This document shows, piece after piece, positions 17,459 through 26,307 of a stretch of 48,637 nucleotides of DNA (position 1 is the stretch's first letter; each line of letters opens with the position of its first letter). The translations under genes were made by a program, and so were the position numbers. This DNA is from Actinomycetota bacterium (GTDB taxonomy: Bacteria > Actinomycetota > UBA4738 > HRBIN12), in contig JBKOUM010000103.1 in assembly GCA_046723385.1 (NCBI GenBank), positions 1 to 48,637 on the forward strand, in the 5' to 3' direction. The notes beneath the pieces are model-generated. The model did no database searches and was not told the origin of the DNA. It saw nothing but the letters and a program-made list of their open reading frames with translations.

Positions 17459-18739
17459 TCACCGGACGAGGTCGGCGATCCGAGGAAGGATCTGGGTGCC
17501 TCGAAGCAGACCCAGACTGCCTTGGCTGCAGACGGTCTCACCGAACGAGGGTGAGCCGTCGGGGCCGATCGGCCCGCCGGCGACGAGGAGCGGAACCGGA
17601 TCGGCCGTATGGGCCCTCCGGATCGAGGAGGTCGCGTGATCCGCCGTGACCGCCACGACGTTCCTGGCGATGTCGAGGCCCGCGAGGAGGGGAACGAAGA
17701 ACGCCCGGTCGATCGACGTGATCACCGAGCGCTTGTCCTCCGCCCTTCCGTCGTGTGCGGGCACGTCCGGCCCCTTGATGTGGACATAGAGGGCCTGGAA
17801 CTCACCGATCGCCTGGACGGCCAGGTCCGCCCACGCGGCGTAGGCCTCCTCGGCGTCCGGGCCGAACCCGGCCGCGTCCAGGCGGGGAGCATCGACCGCC
17901 TCCATCCCGAGCGCGAGGGCGATCCCCCGCTCGACGGGCATCTCCACGAAGCACCCCCACGTGAGGCCGAAGCGGTCTCGGATCGGTTCCAGCCGAGGTG
18001 CGCGATCGCCGCCGTCCCGGGTCAGGATCACGTTCGCGGGGAGCCTTCCGGCCCGCCGTCGCACCCTGTTCACCTCGGAGGCGTCGAGGATCGCGGCGGA
18101 CCCCTCCACGGATGCGTTCGTGAGCGACGCGGCGTGCCGCGCCGCCTCCGTGTCCTCGAGCGCCTCGGCCTCCAGGACCACCGGGTCGAAGGTCTGGAGC
18201 GCGACGCCGAGGTGGCCTTCGCGCCGGTAGGCGGGGTCGGTGTTCGTGACGTTCGCGGAGAGGGGCTCGTCCGCGCGGATCACGAGCGCTCCGCGGTGCT
18301 CCACGGTCGCACGGAGGGCGAACGTCGCGCCGGGGAGCGCGAGCCGCTCGTTCACCTCGTCGGCGAGCCGATGCGCCTCCTCCGACGAGAGGTCGCGGCC
18401 GACGCGACGGTCGACGATCTCCCTGCCGTCGGCCGTCGCGAAGTTCACCCGGTAGGCCAGGTCGCCGTCTCGGAAGTCCATCCCGATCCCGAGCGCCTCC
18501 AACACGCCGCGGCCGGGGTGCTCTTCCCGCGGGTCGTAGCCGAGGATCCCGAACACCCCGATGTCGGACTCCGGGGCGATGCCGGGACCGACGGTGAGGA
18601 CCGTCCCCGTGCGACCTCGGGCGGCGAGCGCATCGAGGGCGGGCGTCTGCGCGGCCTCGAGGGGCGTCCGGCCGTCGAACTCAGGGATCGGATCGTCGGC
18701 GAGCCCGTCCAGGCAGACGTAGATCAGCGGCGTGCTCAT
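17459..18739 (-). CDS. apgM: Cofactor-independent phosphoglycerate mutase, archaeal type (ApgM family)
   Basis: Track ORF, 426 aa. LIYVCLDGLADDP..., TP.LD.LA..G..G, ...GPDVPAHDG..., VTADHATSS fit the ApgM/metalloenzyme family by eye. ATG overlaps the tpiA stop (ATGA). Confidence 0.75.
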   Translation of the reverse strand: MSTPLIYVCLDGLADDPIPEFDGRTPLEAAQTPALDALAARGRTGTVLTVGPGIAPESDIGVFGILGYDPREEHPGRGVLEALGIGMDFRDGDLAYRVNFATADGREIVDRRVGRDLSSEEAHRLADEVNERLALPGATFALRATVEHRGALVIRADEPLSANVTNTDPAYRREGHLGVALQTFDPVVLEAEALEDTEAARHAASLTNASVEGSAAILDASEVNRVRRRAGRLPANVILTRDGGDRAPRLEPIRDRFGLTWGCFVEMPVERGIALALGMEAVDAPRLDAAGFGPDAEEAYAAWADLAVQAIGEFQALYVHIKGPDVPAHDGRAEDKRSVITSIDRAFFVPLLAGLDIARNVVAVTADHATSSIRRAHTADPVPLLVAGGPIGPDGSPSFGETVCSQGSLGLLRGTQILPRIADLVR

Positions 18740-19509
18740 CGGTACTTCACGATCAACGCGAACTCCTCGGGGTCGAGGCTGGCTCCCCCGACGAGCGCGC
18801 CGTCGATCTCGGGATGCGCCATGAATCCCCTGATGTTGCCGGGCTTGACGCTCCCTCCGTACTGGATCCGGACGGCGTGCGCGAGGTCGTCGTCGGAGTA
18901 CCGGGCCGCCAACGTCTCGCGGATCAGCTGCACCACCAAGCCTGCGTCCCCCGGCTCGGCGTTCCGGCCCGTCCCGATCGCCCAGATCGGCTCATAGGCG
19001 ATCACCGTGTGCTTCGCCTGCTGGGGATCGACACCGTCGAAGGCGCGACGGATCTGCTCGGTGACGCGGCTCTCGGTCCCCCCGGCGTCGCGTTCCTCGA
19101 GCGTCTCGCCCACGCACACGATCGGCGTCATCCCGTGGGCGAAGACCGACCGCACCTTCTTGTTGATGAGCGCGTCGTCCTCGCCGAACAGCTGACGGCG
19201 CTCGGAGTGCCCGACGATCACGAAGCTCACGCGGAGCGCCTGGAGCATCGGCGGCGAGACCGCCCCCGTGAACGCTCCCTCGTCGTCCGGATAGACGTCC
19301 TGCGCGCCCAGGCCGTAGGGCAGCTTGTCCGAGTCGATCAACGTCTGGACCGAGCGGAGCGACGTGAACGCGGGACAGATCACGACCTCGACCCGCTCCG
19401 CGTCGTCCCGGTCGAGCAGGTAGCTGAGCTTCTGCACGGCCTGGATCGCCTCGAGGTGCGTCTTGTGCATCTTCCAGTTGGCCGCGATGATCGGGCGTCG
19501 TTCGGGCAT
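18736..19509 (-). CDS. tpiA: Triosephosphate isomerase
   Basis: Track ORF, 257 aa. AANWKMHK, VGHSERR, YEPIWAIGTG. Confidence 0.95.
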   Translation of the reverse strand: MPERRPIIAANWKMHKTHLEAIQAVQKLSYLLDRDDAERVEVVICPAFTSLRSVQTLIDSDKLPYGLGAQDVYPDDEGAFTGAVSPPMLQALRVSFVIVGHSERRQLFGEDDALINKKVRSVFAHGMTPIVCVGETLEERDAGGTESRVTEQIRRAFDGVDPQQAKHTVIAYEPIWAIGTGRNAEPGDAGLVVQLIRETLAARYSDDDLAHAVRIQYGGSVKPGNIRGFMAHPEIDGALVGGASLDPEEFALIVKYR

Positions 19510-20721
19510 CTAGTCCTCCAGGATCGTGATCCCGGGGAGGGCGCGTCCCTCGAGGAACTCGAGGGACGCGCCCCCACCGGTCGAGAGGTGGTCGAACGAT
19601 CCCTCGAGCCCGAGACGTCGGACGGCGGCGATCGAGTCGCCGCCGCCGACCACGCTGAACGCACTCGCGTCGGCCACGGCTTCCGCGACGCCCTCCGTCC
19701 CGGCGCGGAACGGTTCGAGCTCGAACACGCCCATCGGCCCGTTCCACAGGATCGTCTTGGCGTCGCGCAGGACGCGGCCGAACCGCTCGACCGTCTGCGG
19801 TCCCACGTCGAGGCCCATCTGGTCGGCGGGGATCTCACCGGAGGGGATGGTCGTCGCCGGCGCACCCTCCGCAGCCTCTCGCGCGACCACGACGTCCGAC
19901 GGCAGCTCGATCGCGACGCCGCGATCGCCCGCCCTGCGCACGGCGGCGCGCACGTCGTCGAACCGGTCGGTCTCCACGAGTGAGCGGCCGACCGACGCGC
20001 CCTGCGCGGCCAGGAGGGTGAACGCCATCGCGCCGCCGATCAGCAGCGCGTCGACGCGTTCGATCAATGCGTCGATCACCGCGAGCTTGTCGGAGACCTT
20101 CGCTCCGCCGAGGACGGCCACGTAGGGGCGGTCGGCCCCCTGCAGGAGCCGGCCAAGGACCTCGACCTCGTGCTGAAGCAGCCGGCCGGCCACGGCCGGC
20201 CGGCCACTCGCGAGCATCAGCTCGGGCAGCGCGCTCACGGACGCGTGCGCGCGATGCGCCGCGCCGAACGCGTCGTCGACGTAGGCGTCGGCGAGCTCGG
20301 CGAGCGATCCGGCGAACGCCGGATCGTTCGCCGCTTCTCCGGGATCGAAGCGCAGGTTCTCGAGGACCGCGATCTCGCGCTCCCCCATCCGCTCCACGGC
20401 CTGGACCGTTCCGGGCTCCGCCGGCATGCCGAGGGTGCGGACCCCCGCAGGATCGCCGAGCAGGTCCGCGAGGACGACCGCCACCGGCCGCATCCGGAGG
20501 TCATCCTCCGGCTCGCCCTTCGGCCTGCCCAGATGGGACCCGAGGATCAACGCCGCGCCCCGGCCACGCAGCTCACGGATCGTCGGCAACGTCGCGCGGA
20601 TCCGGCTGTCGTCGGCAACGGATCCGTCGGCGAGCGGGACGTTGAAGTCGACGCGGACGAAGACGCGGGCGCCGCGGACGTCGTCCAACCGGTCGAGCGT
20701 CCGGAGGGTGCCGGTGCTCAC
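19510..20721 (-). CDS. pgk: Phosphoglycerate kinase
   Basis: Track ORF 19510..20775 trimmed to GTG 20721 (VSTGTLRTLDRLDDVRGARVFVRVDFNVPL), which overlaps the gap stop (GTGA). Confidence 0.93.
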   Translation of the reverse strand: MSTGTLRTLDRLDDVRGARVFVRVDFNVPLADGSVADDSRIRATLPTIRELRGRGAALILGSHLGRPKGEPEDDLRMRPVAVVLADLLGDPAGVRTLGMPAEPGTVQAVERMGEREIAVLENLRFDPGEAANDPAFAGSLAELADAYVDDAFGAAHRAHASVSALPELMLASGRPAVAGRLLQHEVEVLGRLLQGADRPYVAVLGGAKVSDKLAVIDALIERVDALLIGGAMAFTLLAAQGASVGRSLVETDRFDDVRAAVRRAGDRGVAIELPSDVVVAREAAEGAPATTIPSGEIPADQMGLDVGPQTVERFGRVLRDAKTILWNGPMGVFELEPFRAGTEGVAEAVADASAFSVVGGGDSIAAVRRLGLEGSFDHLSTGGGASLEFLEGRALPGITILED

Positions 20722-21728
20722 CGCGTCGATGCGACGATCTCGACCAGGTCGACGAGCCGGTTCGAGTATCCCCACTCGTTGTCATACCAGCCCAGGACCT
20801 TGACCAGGTTGCCCATCGCCATCGTGAGCGGCGCGTCGAAGGTGCACGACGCGGGTGACCCGACGATGTCGGAGGAGACGATCGCGTCGGTCGAGTAGAC
20901 GACGAGTCCGTCGCTGAGCGGACCCGATTCCGACGCCGCTCGGAACGCGGCGTTCACGTCGTCGACCGTTACCTCGCGGTTCAGGATCGCCGTGAAGTCG
21001 GTGATCGACCCGTCGGCGACCGGGACCCGCAGCGACTGGCCGTCGAGCCGGCCCTTCATGGCCTCCATCACGAGGCTCGTGGCTCGGGCGGCGCCCGTGC
21101 TGGTCGGGATGATGTTGAGCGCGGCGGCGCGGGCTTCGCGGAGATCCTTGGACGGGCCGTCGACGAGCGCCTGGGTGCCGGTGTACGCGTGGACCGTCGT
21201 CATCAGGCCGCGCTCGACCCCGAAGACGTCGTCGAGGACCTTCACCATCGGGACGAAGCAGTTGGTCGTGCACGAGGCGTTCGAGACGACCTTGTGCCGC
21301 TCCGGGTCGAACGTGTCGTCGTTCACGCCGACCACGAAGGTGGCGTCGACGTCCTTGCCGGGCGCGGAGATGATCACGAGGGGTGCACCGGCCTCTAGGT
21401 GGAGGGCGGCCTTCTCGCGCGACGTGAACAGGCCCGTGGACTCGACCACGACGTCGACGCCGAGCTCACCCCAGGGCAGCGCGGTCGGATCGCGTTCCGC
21501 GATGATCCGGAGCGTGTCGCCGTCGACCTTGATCCCGTCGCCGACCACCTCGACGTCTCCCGCGTAGGTGCCCAGGATCGTGTCGTACTTCAGCAGGTGC
21601 GCCATCAGCTCGATCGACAGCAGATCGTTGGCCGCGACGAAGTCGATGTCGGCCCCGCGTTCCTTGGCCGCGCGGAAGAAGTTTCGCCCGATGCGACCGA
21701 ACCCGTTGATCCCTACCTTGATCGTCAT
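20718..21728 (-). CDS. gap: Glyceraldehyde-3-phosphate dehydrogenase, type I
   Basis: Track ORF, 336 aa. INGFGRIGR, SNASCTTNC, WYDNEWGYS. GGGAGGG 5 nt upstream of the ATG. Confidence 0.95.
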   Translation of the reverse strand: MTIKVGINGFGRIGRNFFRAAKERGADIDFVAANDLLSIELMAHLLKYDTILGTYAGDVEVVGDGIKVDGDTLRIIAERDPTALPWGELGVDVVVESTGLFTSREKAALHLEAGAPLVIISAPGKDVDATFVVGVNDDTFDPERHKVVSNASCTTNCFVPMVKVLDDVFGVERGLMTTVHAYTGTQALVDGPSKDLREARAAALNIIPTSTGAARATSLVMEAMKGRLDGQSLRVPVADGSITDFTAILNREVTVDDVNAAFRAASESGPLSDGLVVYSTDAIVSSDIVGSPASCTFDAPLTMAMGNLVKVLGWYDNEWGYSNRLVDLVEIVASTR

Positions 21729-21793
21729 GGAACCCTCCCGGATGCTCGATCGAACCCCATGCTATCGATTCGCCTGCGCTGGGCGGCCCCAAA

Positions 21794-21837
21794 GATCCGG
21801 GCGACCGAGATCTGAACGACCGGGATCCGGGCGACCG
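21794..21837. repeat. Two copies of GATCCGGGCGACCG (21794..21807, 21824..21837), 30-bp period, in the rapZ-gap spacer
   Basis: 14/14 identical, 17/18 if extended (..AGAT vs ..GGAT). Located upstream of the gap operon, immediately after the rapZ stop. Confidence 0.6.
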
Positions 21838-21841
21838 GGAT

Positions 21842-22726
21842 TCAGCCCCGGTCGACGTCGCGGTGAACGACGATGACGGGGAGGCCTCGATCGCGGAAGT
21901 ACGCGCCGAGCGCCTCCGCGACCACGACCGACCGGTGGTGCCCGCCCGTGCAGCCGACCGCCACCGTGAGGTACGACTTGCCTTCGGCGACGTACCCCGG
22001 GACCGTGGCGTCGAGCAGCGCCTGGACCCGCTCCAGGAACGGGCCGTAGGCGGGCTGGCCCTCGACGTAGTCGCGCACCTGCTCGTCGGTGCCGGCTAGC
22101 GGGCGGAGCTCGGGCACCCAGTGGGGGTTGGGGAGGAACCGCACGTCGAGTTGCATGTCGGCGTCGCGGGGCGCCCCGTACTTGAACCCGAACGAGACGA
22201 CCGAGACCTGGAGCCCTTCCTCCGGTGGCGCGTTCGCGAAGGACTCGCGGATGCGGTCCCGGAGCTCGTGCGGCGTCAGGCCCGAGGTGTCGATCACGAG
22301 GTCGGCGTGCCCGCGGAGCTCCTCCAGGATGTGACGCTCCTTGCGGATCCCTTCGACCACGCGATCGCCCGGCGCGAGCGGATGTCGCCGCCGGGTGGCT
22401 TCGTAGCGGTTCACGAGGTCCTGGTCGGACGCCTCCAGGAAGAGGATGCGGTAGTCCGCGTGCACCTTCTTGAGCTCCTCGAGGGCCTTCGAGAGCTCGC
22501 CGAAGAAAACGCCGCCGCGCGCGTCCACGACGATCGCCACGCGCGCGGGTCCCCCGGGCCGGGTCGTGAGCTCGGCCATCTTGGACAGGAGCGCGGGTGG
22601 GAGGTTGTCGACGACGAAGTACCCGAGGTCCTCGAGGCAGTGAGCGGCCTCGGAGCGACCCGCGCCGGACAACCCGGTGATGATCGTGAAGCCGGTGACG
22701 GGAACGACGTCGTCGACCTCGCTCAC
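21842..22726 (-). CDS. rapZ: RNase adapter / nucleotide-binding protein RapZ (YvcJ family)
   Basis: Track ORF, 294 aa. P-loop GLSGAGRSEA, DNLPP, ...CTGGHHRSV. GTG overlaps the uvrC stop (GTGA). Confidence 0.9.
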   Translation of the reverse strand: MSEVDDVVPVTGFTIITGLSGAGRSEAAHCLEDLGYFVVDNLPPALLSKMAELTTRPGGPARVAIVVDARGGVFFGELSKALEELKKVHADYRILFLEASDQDLVNRYEATRRRHPLAPGDRVVEGIRKERHILEELRGHADLVIDTSGLTPHELRDRIRESFANAPPEEGLQVSVVSFGFKYGAPRDADMQLDVRFLPNPHWVPELRPLAGTDEQVRDYVEGQPAYGPFLERVQALLDATVPGYVAEGKSYLTVAVGCTGGHHRSVVVAEALGAYFRDRGLPVIVVHRDVDRG

Positions 22727-24603
22727 GCCGTCGCTCTCCGGTCGTCGTCGCCGACCCCGTGGAGCTGCTCGTGCACCGCCGCGGCGACCTCCGGACCGAT
22801 CCCCGGCGTCTCGGCGATCCGTTCGACGGTCGCTTCCCGCAGCTTCGAGAGCGACCCGAACCGCTTCAGGAGCGCCTTCTTCCGCGCGGGTCCCACGCCA
22901 GGGACGTCGTCGAGCGGCGAGTGGAACGCGCGCTTCTCCCTGGTCTTCCGGTGGAACCTGACGGCGGTCCGGTGCGCTTCGTCACGGATGTGCTGCAGGA
23001 CGAAGAGCGCCTCGGACCCGCGCGGGATCATCAATGGATCCGGACGGTCGGGGAAGTAGACCTCCTCGAGGCGCTTCGCCAAGCCGATGTGCGGGATCAA
23101 CAGGCCGAGGTCGCTCAAGACGCGCGTAGCCTGAGCCAGCTGACCGCGGCCGCCGTCCACCACGACGAGCGCGGGCGGGTACGAGAAGCGCCGCACCCGG
23201 CCGTCCTTGGGCCGGTCGCGCTCCTCGAGGAGCCGGGTGAACCGCCGGCGGAGCATCTCGTCCATCGACGCGAAGTCGTCCTGACCCGCGACGCCCTTGA
23301 TCGTGAACTGCCGGTAGTCCTGACGCTTGGGGAGGCCGTCCTCGAACACGACCATGGAGCCGACCTTGTCGGTCGGACCCAGGTTGGATATGTCGTACGC
23401 CTCGATCCGGAGCGGGGCTTGCTCCAAGCCGAGCTGGTCGGCGAGCTCCGCCAGGGCGCGCGACCGCGCCCCGAAGTCCGACGCCCTCCGGAGCTTGTGG
23501 CGGTGGAACGCCTCCTCGGCGTTCGTCGTGACGACCTCCAGCAGCTTGCGCTTGGCGCCGCGTTCGGGAACCGCGATCCGGACCGGGCCGCCGCGCCGGC
23601 CGGCCAACCACGCCTCCAGGACATCCCGGTCGGCCGGAGCGGCGGCCACCAGGACGCGAGGCGGCACCTCCTGCCGCTCCATGTAGAGCTGCTCGAGGAA
23701 CGACGCGATCAGCTGCGGGCGGTCGAGATCTTCGACACGGTCGACGACCCAACCCTTGCGCCCGAGCACGCGGCCCCGCCGCACGAAGAACACCTGGAAC
23801 GCGGCCTCGAGGTCGTCTTCGGCGAGCCCGACGACGTCGATGTCCTGCGGGCGCGTCAGCACCATCTCCTGGGACTCGAGCGCTCGCTGCGCTGCGAAGA
23901 GCTGATCCCGCAACCGCGCGGCCTGCTCGTACTCCTCCTGGTCGGACGACCGCTTCATCTGGTCTTCGAGGCGCCGGAGGACCGGCCGCGCGTTCCCCCC
24001 GAGGAACTCCGCCATCGCGTCGACGTGGGCCCGGTAGCTCTCCTCGGTAACCCCGGTGATCTTGGGGACGCACGGCCCCGCGCACCGGCCGATGTCGTAG
24101 TAGAGGCACGGCCGGCCCGCGCGGGCGCGCTGGTCGAAGAAGGGGTTCGAGCACGTCCGGACCGGGAACACGCGGGTCAGGGCGTCGAGCGTGTTCCGGA
24201 TCGCCCACGCGTGCCCGTACGGACCGAAGTACCGCACGCCTTTGCGCTTGGTCCCCCGGAGCACCTGCGCCCGAGGCCACTTCTCCCCCACGGTGAGCGC
24301 CAGGTACGGGTAGGACTTGTCGTCGCGGTACCTGATGTTGAAGCGAGGCCGGTGGCGCTGGATCAGGTTGTACTCGAGCATCAGCGCGTCGACCTCACCG
24401 GAGGCGACGATCCATTCGACCGACTCGGCGGCCTCGGTCATGGCCTCCGTCCGAGGGTGCAACGGCTTGCCCCAGTAGTTGGCGAGTCGCTTCCGGAGGG
24501 ACCGAGCTTTCCCGGCGTAGATCACGCGCCCGTCGCCGTCCCGGAAGAGGTAGGCGCCGGGCGCGTCGGGGATGCTCGACGATTCCGGCCGCGCCACGCT
24601 CAC
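22723..24603 (-). CDS. uvrC: Excinuclease ABC subunit C
   Basis: Track ORF, 626 aa. GIY-YIG N-terminus (GAYLFRDGDGRVIYAGKARSLRKRL), UVR domain, C-terminal HhH. GTG start with TAGCAT 7 nt upstream. Confidence 0.95.
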   Translation of the reverse strand: MSVARPESSSIPDAPGAYLFRDGDGRVIYAGKARSLRKRLANYWGKPLHPRTEAMTEAAESVEWIVASGEVDALMLEYNLIQRHRPRFNIRYRDDKSYPYLALTVGEKWPRAQVLRGTKRKGVRYFGPYGHAWAIRNTLDALTRVFPVRTCSNPFFDQRARAGRPCLYYDIGRCAGPCVPKITGVTEESYRAHVDAMAEFLGGNARPVLRRLEDQMKRSSDQEEYEQAARLRDQLFAAQRALESQEMVLTRPQDIDVVGLAEDDLEAAFQVFFVRRGRVLGRKGWVVDRVEDLDRPQLIASFLEQLYMERQEVPPRVLVAAAPADRDVLEAWLAGRRGGPVRIAVPERGAKRKLLEVVTTNAEEAFHRHKLRRASDFGARSRALAELADQLGLEQAPLRIEAYDISNLGPTDKVGSMVVFEDGLPKRQDYRQFTIKGVAGQDDFASMDEMLRRRFTRLLEERDRPKDGRVRRFSYPPALVVVDGGRGQLAQATRVLSDLGLLIPHIGLAKRLEEVYFPDRPDPLMIPRGSEALFVLQHIRDEAHRTAVRFHRKTREKRAFHSPLDDVPGVGPARKKALLKRFGSLSKLREATVERIAETPGIGPEVAAAVHEQLHGVGDDDRRATA

Positions 24604-24649
24604 GGCATCGATGCTAGCGCGAGCGTCGGACCTGATCCGGACCGGGGTT

Positions 24650-26281
24650 CTACTTCACGACGGCGAGCGTGCCCGTCATCTGCTGAGGGTGGACGTCGCA
24701 CTGGAAGAAATAGCTGCCGGCGTCAAGGGCGTTCACGTTCAGGGTTTCCTTCGTCGGCCCGTTCTGGACTGGCGTGCTCGCCAGCGACGTACCGCCTTGC
24801 TCGTCGAAGACGTCGATGTTGTGCGGCGTCCCGGCATCCTCATTATCGAAATTGATCGTGAACGGCTTCCCGGCGTCCGCCACGAGGCAGGTCGGGTCGA
24901 AGGCGATGTTCTGGGCGACGATGTCGAGCTGGACCTTGCCGTCCTTCCCACATTCGGCATTGGCGGGCGGAGCGAAACTCGGAACGAGGGACGGCTGCGG
25001 TTGCGCGACGATCAGGTTCTGCACGTCTCCTTGCACGCCCAGCATCAGATCCTCGTTGAGCGTGTCGTACCACGAGAGGAAGACGCCGGAATCCGAAGAC
25101 GCGAGCGCCGGGTGGGCGCTCGTCGACGCGTTCGGTCCGAGCGAGATCGGCGCGAACGAGTTGGTGCCCCCGGAGACGAACGTCACCCCCGAGTCGCCGT
25201 TGTCCCACGCCACGTAGATCGTGCCGTCGGTCCCGGCCGTGACGGCGGTGCGCGCCGCATCGTTCCCGGTTTCGCTCGGATCAGGGTTCGCCGACTTCCC
25301 GACCTCTCCCGTCACCGGCTCGCGATCCTTCAGGATCGCGACATCGACGGTCCCGTGGCCGGTGAAGTAGGACGCGTACAGGCTGTTCCCGACGACCGCG
25401 ACCGAGAGTCCCAGGCCGTCCGTGTTCGTCTCGACCGGATCGACGACCCAGTTGGAACCTTGCAGGGTCGCCGTGTCGACCTCGTGCTTCACGGGGTCGC
25501 CGAAGACCACGACCGGGTTGCCACGCAGGAACCCGATCCCGACCGGTCCCGGGTCGGGGCAGCCGGAACAGGCGGGCTCGCTGACGACGATCTGGTCCTG
25601 CCACTTCGAGCCCTGAAGGCTCGCGGCGTGCACCTCGAAGCCGGACGGACCCATGACGGAGAACGCGATCCACGGCTTCCCGTCCGCGTCGAGCGCGATA
25701 CCCGGTGCCGACATCGGTCCGGCGAGCGAGACCGCGGTCCCGGAGTCGAAGACCGGCGTCACGGTCGCCGAACCGCCGGCCTTCGTCGTGCCGTAGACGA
25801 CGCCGTCGGCCATCGTCCAGGCGGCGTGCACGGTCCCGTCGGATGCCACCGCGATCGCCGTTCCGTTGGAGTCGTCCGGGGAGAGCGCGAACTTCTCGGT
25901 CGTCACCGGCCCGAACGGGACCGTGACGCCCTGCGGCTCCACCGCGGGCTTGTTCTGCTCGATCGCACCCTGCGTCCACATCCCCTGCTGGTCGACGGTG
26001 GCCAGGAGGACGCCGGGAAGGAACGGCGTGCCGATCGGTCGGGGGATCGGGATCTGGCTGGGCTTGACCGTCGCGGGGAACCCGAAGTAGCTGATGAAGG
26101 GCGAACCGTTGCCGTCGACGGCGACCGACGAGGCCAATCCGACGTTGTCGACCGTGTCGGCGACGGTGGTCACGAAGCGCGGACCGGTGCCGTAATCGAT
26201 CGTGGATGCGGTCGGGACGTTGGAACAGGCGGCGGCCAGGATCGCTAGGCCCGCAACGAGGGCGAAGGGTCGCTTCGACAC
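24650..26281 (-). CDS. Lipoprotein: 7-repeat beta-propeller-like domain fused to a C-terminal cupredoxin (type-1 copper) domain
   Basis: Track ORF 24650..26896 trimmed to GTG 26281 (VSKRPFALVAGLAILAAACSN, lipobox LAAAC); TTG 26311 overlapping the uvrA stop is an alternative. TAGTAT lies 10 nt upstream of GTG 26281. The C-terminus has TPHNIDVF ... FFQCDVHPQQMTG (His, Cys-x2-His-x3-Met). Confidence 0.75.
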   Translation of the reverse strand: MSKRPFALVAGLAILAAACSNVPTASTIDYGTGPRFVTTVADTVDNVGLASSVAVDGNGSPFISYFGFPATVKPSQIPIPRPIGTPFLPGVLLATVDQQGMWTQGAIEQNKPAVEPQGVTVPFGPVTTEKFALSPDDSNGTAIAVASDGTVHAAWTMADGVVYGTTKAGGSATVTPVFDSGTAVSLAGPMSAPGIALDADGKPWIAFSVMGPSGFEVHAASLQGSKWQDQIVVSEPACSGCPDPGPVGIGFLRGNPVVVFGDPVKHEVDTATLQGSNWVVDPVETNTDGLGLSVAVVGNSLYASYFTGHGTVDVAILKDREPVTGEVGKSANPDPSETGNDAARTAVTAGTDGTIYVAWDNGDSGVTFVSGGTNSFAPISLGPNASTSAHPALASSDSGVFLSWYDTLNEDLMLGVQGDVQNLIVAQPQPSLVPSFAPPANAECGKDGKVQLDIVAQNIAFDPTCLVADAGKPFTINFDNEDAGTPHNIDVFDEQGGTSLASTPVQNGPTKETLNVNALDAGSYFFQCDVHPQQMTGTLAVVK

Positions 26282-26307
26282 GTCGGCGCGGATACTACCA
26301 ACGAGGG

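Noticed and set aside
21794-21837. Short direct repeats considered as a mini CRISPR or tandem array (also 10695..10794 and 40591..40623)
   Set aside because: Each has only two copies of 13-14 bp, with no regular repeat-spacer series and no cas genes. They are treated as candidate operator sites instead.
22759-24855. 698-aa ORF on the + strand; the same class covers 194..1240, 1237..2784, 2375..4462, 4116..6020, 12242..13561, 15704..17383, 17609..18997, 18814..19983, 37640..39715, 39733..41835 and 43851..45314, plus the minus-strand ORF 6405..8120
   Set aside because: All of these are antisense to genes with clear homology-type motifs and all show the R/P/G/D/E-rich shadow-ORF composition. 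None has an SD or a plausible start context.
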